Source of the DNA: Myxococcota bacterium
GTDB lineage: Bacteria > Myxococcota_A > Polyangia > Nannocystales > Nannocystaceae
Assembly: GCA_039028615.1 (NCBI GenBank)
Contig: JBCCHT010000057.1
Coordinates: 11,156-75,155, forward strand
Direction: 5' to 3'
Length of the DNA: 64,000 bases
In this document: positions 1 through 8,719 of the stretch, piece by piece
How the letters are laid out: every line of letters begins with the position of its first letter
How positions within the stretch are numbered: position 1 is the stretch's first letter
The notes under the pieces: model-generated
Seen by the model: the letters and a program-made list of their open reading frames with translations, nothing else
What the model was told of the DNA's origin: nothing
The model's database searches: none
Made by a program: the position numbers and the translations under genes

Positions 1-1166
1 GGGTCGTCGGTGCACTGGGCGGCGACGGGCGGGGGCTCGGCCACGGGTGCGGATTCTCCGGGGCTGAGGGCTCCCACGACTCCGGCCACCGCCAATCCCG
101 CCAGCAAGGTCATCGAGCGCCAAGGCGCCGAGCGTCGGAGGCAGGCCTCGAGCGCGCCGAGCAGCTCTTCCATGTCGCGGAAGCGGCTATGCGACTCGAT
201 GGACAGGCCCTTCTTGAGCACGCGGTAGAGCCGAGTCGGCACGCCGCGTCGGGGGCCCACCACACGACCGCGGACGAGGGAGCGCTGCAGCGAAGGCAGG
301 TCGTTGCCCGGGTAGGGCCGACGGCCGTAGAGCGCCTCGAACAGGGCAACGCAGAAGCTGAACTGATCGCTCGTGGGGCGGACGGAGCCGCCGTCGAACT
401 GCTCGGGCGCCATATAGGCGGGGGTGCCGAGCACGGCCCCGGTGCAGGTGAGATCGACCCCGACCGACGTGCCGTCGTCGTCGAGGGTGGGCAGGAACTC
501 GCCCATGCCCGTGCTGCGCGCGAGACCGAAGTCCACCACCCGCGCCTGACCCTGCTCGTCGATCAGCACGTTGTCGGGCTTGAAGTCACGGTGGACGAGG
601 CCAGCGTGGTGCGCCGCCGCGAGGCCGCGACCGGCCTGCGTGAAGACCTCGACGATCTCCCGCCAGCTGCGAGGCCGAGCCCGAAGCCAGCGCTTGACCG
701 TGCGGCCCTCGACCAGCTCCATCGCGATGAACAACACGTCGTCGTTCGCCCGACCCACCTCGTAGACCATGGTCACGTGGGGGTGACGAAGACAGGCGAG
801 GGCTTGCGCCTCGCGAAGCATCCGCGAGCGCGCGTGGAGACCTCGTCGCGCCGCCACGTCGGGGCGCAGGACCTTGAGGGCACAGCGGCGGTCGAGGTCG
901 GGATCGTAGGCCTCGTAGACGACGCCCATCGCCCCGCTGCCGAGCCGCCGCAGCAACTGGAAGCGCCCGAGCGTGGGACGCTTGGGGGGGTTGGCACCGA
1001 ACAGCTGCTCCTCGACGTTGGCCAGCATGACCGCTGCGTCGGGGCTGCGAGGAGCCGGACTACGATGCGGGACCAGGGCCTCGCGTCGCGTCTGCTCCCA
1101 CGTCTCGACCGTCTCCGCTCCGGTGGAGCTGGTCAGCGAGACTGTCGTGGTGCTTTCCACATTCAC
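1..1166 (-). CDS. Hanks-type Ser/Thr protein kinase with TM helix (3' end runs off the window)
   Basis: Manual minus-strand translation gives GRFQLLRRLGSGAMGVVYEAYDPDLDRRCALKVL, HRDFKPDNVL and later MTLLAGLAVAGVVGA. Absent from the ORF track because there is no stop in the window. Start GTG at 1166 or 1160. Confidence 0.9.
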   Translation of the reverse strand, partial: MNVESTTTVSLTSSTGAETVETWEQTRREALVPHRSPAPRSPDAAVMLANVEEQLFGANPPKRPTLGRFQLLRRLGSGAMGVVYEAYDPDLDRRCALKVLRPDVAARRGLHARSRMLREAQALACLRHPHVTMVYEVGRANDDVLFIAMELVEGRTVKRWLRARPRSWREIVEVFTQAGRGLAAAHHAGLVHRDFKPDNVLIDEQGQARVVDFGLARSTGMGEFLPTLDDDGTSVGVDLTCTGAVLGTPAYMAPEQFDGGSVRPTSDQFSFCVALFEALYGRRPYPGNDLPSLQRSLVRGRVVGPRRGVPTRLYRVLKKGLSIESHSRFRDMEELLGALEACLRRSAPWRSMTLLAGLAVAGVVGALSPGESAPVAEPPPVAAQCTDD

Positions 1167-1452
1167 AGCATAACTCCTAAAACTAATCTGAGTCAACACA
1201 CAAAGCGAACGTAGTTTGCAAGGGTGCCGTTGCTTGCAGGGCTCGCGATGGGTTGGGCAGGAGCATGGTCGGAGGAAGGGAGAGGTGGGAGCGGCGGCGG
1301 GTCACTGGAACAACGGCGCGGGCGCCAGCTCCCTACACCTCTAGTTTCGCCCGAATGTGGTTTTCATTACACATGCTGGGCACTCTAAAGTTTAGACACG
1401 GAGCGGAGCCGAGCGGTTGCCGGGGGCGGGCGGACAGACGTACGCCTAGACC

Positions 1453-2064
1453 ATGGTCGGATCTGACAACGAATCGCGTGCGCTCGCCCCGCGGGAGGAA
1501 TCGAAGCCGGCCACGACCGACGCCTACGAGCGCGAATACATGAAGGGGCAAGGGATGGTGCTGCACCGCGCGAAGCAGCGAACACCCTGGCCGATGGGCG
1601 CGTTGATGGGGGTGATCTCCCTGTTGCCGTTGATCCCAGTGGTAGCCGGACAAACCGGCGCCTGGATTGCGGCGGCGTTCACTTTGCCGATCATGTTCGC
1701 GATCTGGATGCTCTTCGCCGTGCTCCGCGTCACGGTGTCGGAGGGCAGCGTCGACATCCAGTACGGACTCTTTGGGCCTAGCATTCCAACCCGGGCGATC
1801 GAGTCGGCGGAGGCCACGACCTACAGCTGGGCCAAGTTCGGCGGCTGGGGCATCCGCCGCGGGCGGGACGGCGAGTGGATCTACAACATGCCCGGCGACG
1901 AGGGCCGGGCGGTGCGGGTGGTCTGGCGCGACGAAAAAGGCCGACGCAAGGTCACCTTGATCGGCTCGAAGGACCACCTCGCGCTGGCGGAGGCGATCGG
2001 CAAGGCCCGGAACGCACTGCCGCCGGCCGACGACGCCGAAGCGCTGCCACCGGCCGGCGACTGA
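1453..2064 (+). CDS. Membrane protein, two TM helices plus bacterial PH-like domain
   Basis: Two hydrophobic helices, then LRVTV..IQYG..I..IES..FGGWGIR..VTLIGS pattern. Confidence 0.75.
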   Translation: MVGSDNESRALAPREESKPATTDAYEREYMKGQGMVLHRAKQRTPWPMGALMGVISLLPLIPVVAGQTGAWIAAAFTLPIMFAIWMLFAVLRVTVSEGSVDIQYGLFGPSIPTRAIESAEATTYSWAKFGGWGIRRGRDGEWIYNMPGDEGRAVRVVWRDEKGRRKVTLIGSKDHLALAEAIGKARNALPPADDAEALPPAGD

Positions 2065-2091
2065 CTGCGACCCGAGCGATCGCGGAGGACT

Positions 2092-3432
2092 TTAGGGAGT
2101 CGACAGCACGATGGTGACCAGCTCATCGTCTTGCGAGCCGACCACGACGTCCATGATCCCGTCGAGGTTCGCATCGCCCAGGGCCAGCGAGTCGACGGCG
2201 CTGCCGATGGTGATGTCGACGCGGTCACCGAAGGTGCCGTCGCCGAGGCTCGGGAACACGCTCAGCACCGCGGCGTCGCTATGCGACACGATGAGGTCGT
2301 CGAGGCCGTCGTTGGTCACGTCGGTGCTCTCGACGTAGTTGGCGTAGCCGGCGGTGTCGAGCATGACCGCGCCCTCGAAGCCGGCCGCGCCCGTGCCGAG
2401 CATGACGAGCACGTCGATGCCGTTGGCCACCGCGAGGTCGTCGTCGCCGTCGCCGTCGAAGTCACCCACGCCCAGGCCGAGCGCGTCGGTGGAGGCCACG
2501 CTGATGTCGAGCTCGCTGCCGAGGCTGCCCGTGCCGTCGCCCAGGCGCATGCGCAGCTGATCGCTGTCGCTCTGCACGGTGTAGACCACGTCGGGCGTGT
2601 CGTCGCCGCTGAAGTCACCGATGGCGATCTCGCGGCCGAAGTCACCGATGCTCAGCGAGTCCTCGTGGGTGAGCGAGCCGGCCCCGTTGGCGAGGAAGAT
2701 CCGCACGTCGCTGCCCGCCCCGCTGATGCTCACCACGTCGTCGACGTCGTTGTCATCGAGGTCGGCCACCGCCAAGGCCCGCGGATCGCCGCCGCTGAAC
2801 AAGGGGAGATTCTGCAGGGCGAAGCTGCTGGCGCCGTTGCTGAGCGCTACGTCGAGTTGCTCGGTGAAGGGCTCGAGCAGCACGAGGTCGGGGATGTCGT
2901 CGCCGTCGAGATCGGCGGCTTCCATCTGCTGAGCGAACACGGTCTCGTCGGGCAGCTCCACGCCGAAGTCGCCGTCGCCCGTGCCCAGGCGCACCACGAT
3001 CTGATCGGTGATGAGATAGACCAGGTCGACGTTGCCGTCGTCGTTGGTGTCGAGCAGCCGGGGCGAGTACACGACGTCGCCGGCCGACAGCGCCATGGCA
3101 TCGTCGAAGCAAATCTCGCCTTCGACCGGGATGCCGTCGCCACACTCGGGCTCGACGGGGTCTCCCGAGGAGCCCTCTTCCTCGGTGGCCGAACCGGAAG
3201 AATCGGCGTCGGCAGAATCTGCGGTATCGGTTCCGGCAGATGTTTCCTCTGCGGCAGTATCCGCAGTGGTGGTGGGGTCATCCGCGGCGTCGGTCGCTTG
3301 TCCTTCCGACGTCGATGCACCGTCCGTATCGCCTGTGCTGGCGTCGTCGGTGGTACCGGCGTTCCCCGGATCGAAGCAGGCGGGCAACAAGGCGAGAGCG
3401 GCCAGGGCCCACGAGGTAGAGCGGAAATCCAT
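2092..3432 (-). CDS. FG-GAP/VCBS repeat (beta-propeller) lipoprotein
   Basis: Lipobox LPA-C, acidic S/T tether, repeated DxDxDxxxDL motifs (DLDGDDIPDL, DFSGDDTPDV, DFDGDGDDDL, DANLDGIMDV). Confidence 0.88.
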   Translation of the reverse strand: MDFRSTSWALAALALLPACFDPGNAGTTDDASTGDTDGASTSEGQATDAADDPTTTADTAAEETSAGTDTADSADADSSGSATEEEGSSGDPVEPECGDGIPVEGEICFDDAMALSAGDVVYSPRLLDTNDDGNVDLVYLITDQIVVRLGTGDGDFGVELPDETVFAQQMEAADLDGDDIPDLVLLEPFTEQLDVALSNGASSFALQNLPLFSGGDPRALAVADLDDNDVDDVVSISGAGSDVRIFLANGAGSLTHEDSLSIGDFGREIAIGDFSGDDTPDVVYTVQSDSDQLRMRLGDGTGSLGSELDISVASTDALGLGVGDFDGDGDDDLAVANGIDVLVMLGTGAAGFEGAVMLDTAGYANYVESTDVTNDGLDDLIVSHSDAAVLSVFPSLGDGTFGDRVDITIGSAVDSLALGDANLDGIMDVVVGSQDDELVTIVLSTP

Positions 3433-3817
3433 GGCCGGAATGTAGCGCTGCAAGGTCGACGTGCACGGGTCTTCGACGGCGATGCAACCGGGTGTTCCGC
3501 GGCTCTCGGACGCACCCTACGGGTAGGTGCAACGATGCTTGCCGCCTGCGATCTCGCGGCGCACGAACTCGACCGTGACGACGGAATGCGGCTGCGGCCG
3601 AGCCCGGGTACCCATGCGACGACGGTTGGCGATTCTCCGCGTCGCTCGACGAACACCGTCGTCGTCGATCGAAATTCTCGGGAGTGGCAACTGTTGTTTG
3701 CCACGATTTCTCTGCGTCTCGTGGCCGGTCTCACGATGCAACGCGGTCGCCCAACGAGACGCCGCGGCTCCCACCGCAGTACCCGCAGCCGGGCTCCCCC
3801 CTACGGGCTCGATTTCG

Positions 3818-5398
3818 TCAGTCGTCGAGCGCCCCGGCGGCGATCCACTCCCGCACCATCGCGACGAGCGAAGGCTCGAGCAGAAACGGCGCGTTCGAGG
3901 GCATATGCGTCACCGGGGTGCCGGCATCGTCCACCGGATCGCATTTCGCCATCTTCTGAAACAGCCAACTTTGTTCCGGTGCGCCCGGGTTCACCAAGGG
4001 CATCGCCGTCTCGTTGCTCACCGCGTGGCCGAGCAGCTCGGCGTGGAGATCGGCCGCGTCGAGGTCGAGACCGCCCGCTTGCCCACCCGAGCCATGGCAC
4101 GAGGAAAAGCCACACGCGGGGAAGACGTGGTCTCGCAGGTTGGACAGGGTCGGTGCCCACCCGGGTGCGACTTCGGCCGAGGCATCGACACACTCGGGCA
4201 CGGGCGGCAGGCCCTGGTCGTCGGGATCGACGGGCGGCAGATAGAGGTCACCGTCGAGCTCCGCCTGGCTCGGGGGACCCTGCTCGGGCAGCGGCGCCGC
4301 AGTGAGCGTGAGGCAGTTGCTCTCGAAGCGCAGGATTCCGCCTTCGTTGCCGACCACCTCGCCGTTGTCGGCCGCGGCCTGGCTGATGACGGCTGCATCG
4401 GCGAACCCGAACGCGATGCACATCTCGTTGATCCCGATCCCATAGTTGATGGTCTGGTCGGTCCAGTTGTCGAAGCCACAGGTCAGGCGAATGCCCTGTG
4501 CGTCCCCGAGCAAGACCGGAGGGTCGAGACGCAGGCCGGCCGGCGACGCATCGAAGCCGGAGATCTCGTGCAGCGCCTCGCCATCGCGACTGCCCCCGAG
4601 CAGCTCGAGCCGGAAGTAGTTCCCCAGGTAGTGATAGTGGGGAAGGATCCAGTGGAAGGCAAAGGGTGCCCCGCCCACCTGCACCTTGGACGCGAACTGA
4701 TCGCACTGGGCCGTCACCCGGGACTCCGACATCGGAGGCAGCTGCAGGTCGGTGTACTGGATCGCGAAGGGCGTCAGCACGACATCGACATCGCGCGGGT
4801 GCACCAGTTCGAGGCTCGCGCGGAGCGAGGCCTCGGCTTCGTGGGCGGTGAGGTTGAGCAGGTGGAGCTCGGCCACCACTTTGTAGCCGGCCGGGATCTT
4901 GACCACCGCGCCTTCGTTGAAGCGCTGCTCCTCGACCCACGACTGTGTGGACTGAGCAAAGAGCACCGTGCCCAGCGTCGACGCTTGCAGCGTATTGAAG
5001 CCGCGCTCGCTGCAGTTCCACACCCCGTCGGGGCCCTCGAATACGTCCTCGGGAACCACGAACCCGTTGGAGTGATGGAAGCCGCCGTCGTTGGCCAAGG
5101 TCACCGCCTGCACGTACAGCGGCTGCTCGTTGTCCAGCGTCCACGACACGCAGGGCTGCGTCTCCTCGAAGGGATCGAGCACCGCAGGCGGGAACTGATG
5201 GGTGATGATGGCCGTCTCGGGCGGGGGCTCGGTGGTCTCCGTGTCCGTCTCGAGTTCACCCGTGGTGCTGCTGCTCGACGAGGCCTCGGGTGGAGTGGAA
5301 GGGCCCTCGGTACCCGCCTCCGTGTCGACCCCAGGCGAGGACGATCGGCACGCGAGCGAGACGACCCCCAGCCCTACGATTGCCCATCGCCATTCCAT
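3818..5398 (-). CDS. Lipoprotein: copper type II (PHM/DBH-like) monooxygenase with C-terminal cytochrome c-like domain
   Basis: Lipobox SLA-C; GFHHS, ELHLLN, PHYH and NEMC copper-ligand motifs; CGFSSCH and HMP near the C-terminus. Confidence 0.8.
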   Translation of the reverse strand: MEWRWAIVGLGVVSLACRSSSPGVDTEAGTEGPSTPPEASSSSSTTGELETDTETTEPPPETAIITHQFPPAVLDPFEETQPCVSWTLDNEQPLYVQAVTLANDGGFHHSNGFVVPEDVFEGPDGVWNCSERGFNTLQASTLGTVLFAQSTQSWVEEQRFNEGAVVKIPAGYKVVAELHLLNLTAHEAEASLRASLELVHPRDVDVVLTPFAIQYTDLQLPPMSESRVTAQCDQFASKVQVGGAPFAFHWILPHYHYLGNYFRLELLGGSRDGEALHEISGFDASPAGLRLDPPVLLGDAQGIRLTCGFDNWTDQTINYGIGINEMCIAFGFADAAVISQAAADNGEVVGNEGGILRFESNCLTLTAAPLPEQGPPSQAELDGDLYLPPVDPDDQGLPPVPECVDASAEVAPGWAPTLSNLRDHVFPACGFSSCHGSGGQAGGLDLDAADLHAELLGHAVSNETAMPLVNPGAPEQSWLFQKMAKCDPVDDAGTPVTHMPSNAPFLLEPSLVAMVREWIAAGALDD

Positions 5399-5676
5399 TA
5401 CGACCCCATCATACCCCGCGGTCGAGCCGAGAGGTCCGGCCCGCGGACCAGCGCACGGGACCCGCTCGCGGCGGCATCGACACCCGGCGGAGGCGTGGCT
5501 CCGTGGCGACCCAGCGCAATAAACGCCCGTGCCCGCGGGCGGCAAAAGGTTTCACCGATCCGAGGTGAGAAAGGAGGCCGCATTAAGTGGGAAAAAATCG
5601 TCGAAAGGCGGCAATGAATCTCGGCCGACGGAGGTCTCCATGCACGCCAACCGCAAACGAACAGGAACTCGCCGCC

Positions 5677-5781
5677 ATGCTGCCCTTCAACATCGCCCGC
5701 ACCCTCGCCACCGCCATCGCCAACCTCGTGGGTTACCCCCCCGCGCTGAGCGAGGACCTCCGCGGTCGCCTTCTTCGCTAG
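5677..5781 (+). CDS. Putative 34-aa small protein or leader peptide MLPFNIARTLATAIANLVGYPPALSEDLRGRLLR
   Basis: AGGA at 5663-5666 upstream of the ATG; strong GC3 codon bias in an otherwise non-coding gap. Confidence 0.55.
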   Translation: MLPFNIARTLATAIANLVGYPPALSEDLRGRLLR

Positions 5782-6047
5782 TTCCTTTTTCGTTCCCCCA
5801 ACGCCGCCGCGGCGCTTCGTCGAGTTCATTCTCGACGGGCGCCGCGTTCGTCTTTGGTTGGTCGCACATCCACGCAGACCGAGCCCACGACGCCGGTCCC
5901 GCCGAGCGCGGCGAATGTTTCCAGTAATGTTTTGACGATTGGAGTCAACTAAGGAGGTGTTCGGCCGTGACATGAGGGACGGCGCCTCATCGCTCGCCTT
6001 CGTCCACATCCATGGGACTGGCTTGATCCGATTCGGTATCGCGTGAC

Positions 6048-7307
6048 TTGGTTTTCCATCGACTCTGCCACCGAGGGCGGGCGTCACGGCCGAACAACTC
6101 GAACCTCGAAGAGACCCATCGTTTGAGCGCACGACTCCGATTGGCCCGCGCCATCACTCGCTCCGTGGCTTCCTTCGCGCTGCTGGCCGCGTGGCCCACC
6201 GTCGCGAACGCGGCCGCACCCGGCCCGGCTCTCGCCGCGACCGTGGCGTCACTGAGCCTGGGGGGCGAATCCGAGATCCCTCTGCAGCGCCCGATCGGGA
6301 TGGAGGCGGCGACGCTCGATGCCGCGCCGCACTCGCCGACGTCTTCGCCCGCGCCTGCACCCGCGGCCGCGGCCCCGACGGCGGCTTCACCCGCGGCACC
6401 GCCGAATCCGAGCACCGCCCCGGCGTCGCCACCCTCGAGTTCGGGCCGCCCCACCTCCTCCCCGGCGCCCGCCTCGGCCCAGGTTCAGCCGCAGCCGCAG
6501 CCGCGACCGGTGCCCAAGCCCAGCCCGCGTGATGCCGAGGCCGCTTCGGACCCGGGCTCGTCCTCGCCGCAGGCCACGTCGGCCGCCGAGGGAGACGATC
6601 GCGAACAGTTCCCCCATGCGGGCACGGTGCTCGACTTCCGCCTCGGAACCCTCGGCTGCATCGGCGCCTTCTGCCGCGACAACGGCCACGACGTCAGCCC
6701 GGGCATCCGCTTGGGCGGGTTCCTCGGCGGCAACATCCGCGGATGGTTCGAGATGGGCCTGGGCGGGGCATGGGGCACGATGAACCCCAACGTCACCCCG
6801 GGCACCAACGCGCTGGTGCTCTACGGCCTCGACCCGGGGATCCTCCAGCAAGCGCTCGCGGCCCAGGCCGCAGGCATCCTCAACGTCGACCTCGCCGGGC
6901 TCGCGGTGCAGGACGCCCAGCTGCGCGATCTCCAGGTCGGCCCCTCCATGCGGGTCCACCTCGTGCCCCGCGGGCGCTTCGACGCGTTCATCGGGGCGGG
7001 CGTCGGCTACCACCGCCTGCGCTCGCAGTACGAGACCGGGGTCGGCAACGTCCGTCTCGACTTCCACGGCATCGACGTTCCGGTCGAGGCCAACGTCAGC
7101 GTCTACGTGCTCCGCAACCTCGCGGTGGGCGTGCAGTTCGACTACATGTGGACCTGGTACGGGCTCGCGGTGCTCGACCACCCCGAGCAGCGACTGGCCA
7201 TGCCCATGGGCGTGCTCCAGGCCGCGGCGGCCCAACAAGGGGTCGACCTGCGAGGACAGCTGCCCCAACTGTGGACGGTGGGCCTCGCGCTACGCGGCCG
7301 CCTGTGA
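6048..7307 (+). CDS. Secreted protein with Pro/Ala-rich linker and predicted outer-membrane beta-barrel
   Basis: Signal-like segment SFALLAAWPTVANA; alternating amphipathic strands; ends LWTVGLALRGRL. True start probably near 6123-6166. Confidence 0.7.
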   Translation: MVFHRLCHRGRASRPNNSNLEETHRLSARLRLARAITRSVASFALLAAWPTVANAAAPGPALAATVASLSLGGESEIPLQRPIGMEAATLDAAPHSPTSSPAPAPAAAAPTAASPAAPPNPSTAPASPPSSSGRPTSSPAPASAQVQPQPQPRPVPKPSPRDAEAASDPGSSSPQATSAAEGDDREQFPHAGTVLDFRLGTLGCIGAFCRDNGHDVSPGIRLGGFLGGNIRGWFEMGLGGAWGTMNPNVTPGTNALVLYGLDPGILQQALAAQAAGILNVDLAGLAVQDAQLRDLQVGPSMRVHLVPRGRFDAFIGAGVGYHRLRSQYETGVGNVRLDFHGIDVPVEANVSVYVLRNLAVGVQFDYMWTWYGLAVLDHPEQRLAMPMGVLQAAAAQQGVDLRGQLPQLWTVGLALRGRL

Positions 7308-7584
7308 GGACACTCGTGTCCCGGAGCCGGGCGCGGGCCGGGACCGAGCGGGCGGGCTCCGGCGGCGGAACGGCGCCCAGACCGTCGCCACGTGCACTGC
7401 ACGGGTACTTGACCGCACTTGGCTCCGGCCCGGCCATCGCGCGCCGAGGCCTCGGATCCCCGCTCCCGTGGCGTCCAACGGCCATTGATCGCCGCTGGGG
7501 GTGAAAACCAGGCGGTCCCCGTGCGTTTGACGTTCGGCGCGAGCCCATCCTAGAGTCCGCGCGCCGCGTCCAGGAGCACGAATT

Positions 7585-8547
7585 ATGAAGCGATTCCTCT
7601 TCAGCATGGGCTTGCTGAGCACCCTCGCCCTCGGGGCCTGTGAGCCCAATGGCAATTCCGGGTTCAACATCCCGACCGTCAAAGAACTCGAGCCAGGCGG
7701 TGTGTACGTGTCCTACGTGCACGGCTGCGACAAGGGCTGTGACCAGGTCGAAAAGGGTGACCTGATCAAGAAGATCGACGGCAAGGACGTCGCCACCGGC
7801 GAGGACTTCGACAAGGTCGACATCATGGACGGCAAGCCGCACTCGCTCGACATCGTCAGCAAGGACGGCGCGAGCAAGAAGGTCGAGCTGGTCGCCCAGC
7901 CCAAGACCGACATGCCGCCGCTGGAGAACGTCCCCCCGATGTGGACCTCGGGCGCGGCCCGTCTCAACCAGACCCCCGAGTGGGCGCGCCGCCGCATGTT
8001 CGGCCACGCCAGCCCCTCGGTGATGCTGGTGAGCGTGGACGGTGGCATCCTCGACGGACGCCAGCTCTACGGCAAGAAGCGCCTGGTCGTGTACTGGGAC
8101 CGTGGTGACCGCGAGGAGCAGGCGGCCGCCGTCTCGTTCCTCCAGGTGCTGCAGAAGGCCCAGGCCGACCTCGCCGCCAAGGGCGTCGAGGTCATGTACG
8201 TGCAGGTCCGCTTCCCCACCGGTCGCCAGGTCGAGATGAACGACAGCGACCTGCGTGCCTTCCAGGAGAAGTGGTCGGTCAAGTCCGGTGGCAAGAGCAT
8301 GCCGAAGCTGCCGATGTACCGCTTCCCCAACAAGACCGAGTTCAACCCCGCCCGCGAGCTGGGCATGGAGAACGCGTACACCGTGTTCGAGAACCTCGGC
8401 GAGGCCCCGGCCATCCTCCTGCTCGACGAGCGCGGTATCGTCCGCTGGCACTCCGAGGGGCTCCAGCAGCCCGGCTCGGGCGGCGTGTCCGACCCGGCGC
8501 AGTACACCATCATCGAGGCCGTGAAGTTCTCGCTGGAGAAGCTCTAG
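7585..8547 (+). CDS. Lipoprotein with PDZ-like and thioredoxin/redoxin-like domains
   Basis: Lipobox LGA-C; GVYVSYV..KGDLIKKIDG (PDZ); KKRLVVYW..PAILLLDERGIVRW (redoxin fold). Confidence 0.8.
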   Translation: MKRFLFSMGLLSTLALGACEPNGNSGFNIPTVKELEPGGVYVSYVHGCDKGCDQVEKGDLIKKIDGKDVATGEDFDKVDIMDGKPHSLDIVSKDGASKKVELVAQPKTDMPPLENVPPMWTSGAARLNQTPEWARRRMFGHASPSVMLVSVDGGILDGRQLYGKKRLVVYWDRGDREEQAAAVSFLQVLQKAQADLAAKGVEVMYVQVRFPTGRQVEMNDSDLRAFQEKWSVKSGGKSMPKLPMYRFPNKTEFNPARELGMENAYTVFENLGEAPAILLLDERGIVRWHSEGLQQPGSGGVSDPAQYTIIEAVKFSLEKL

Positions 8548-8577
8548 CGAAGCGCCCGTAAGGGCCTCGACGAAACG

Positions 8578-8616
8578 AAGCGCGTCATCCCCCTCGGGAT
8601 GACGCGCTTTTGCTTT
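8578..8616 (+). terminator. Intrinsic terminator between convergent genes
   Basis: 14-bp stem AAGCGCGTCATCCC/GGGATGACGCGCTT with a short loop and a T-rich tail. Confidence 0.8.
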
Positions 8617-8719
8617 GGTTTCAGCCGACCTACGACAGGTCGTCGTCTCGGTGGCGATCCCTTCGCAGGCACGCCCTCTGGGAACGGACTGGCCGCAAAA
8701 ACGCGAGGAACGAGTGCCG

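Noticed and set aside
3685..3702. Sigma-54 promoter (TGGCA..TTGC)
   Set aside because: GG-to-GC spacing is 2 nt too long for a -24/-12 promoter.
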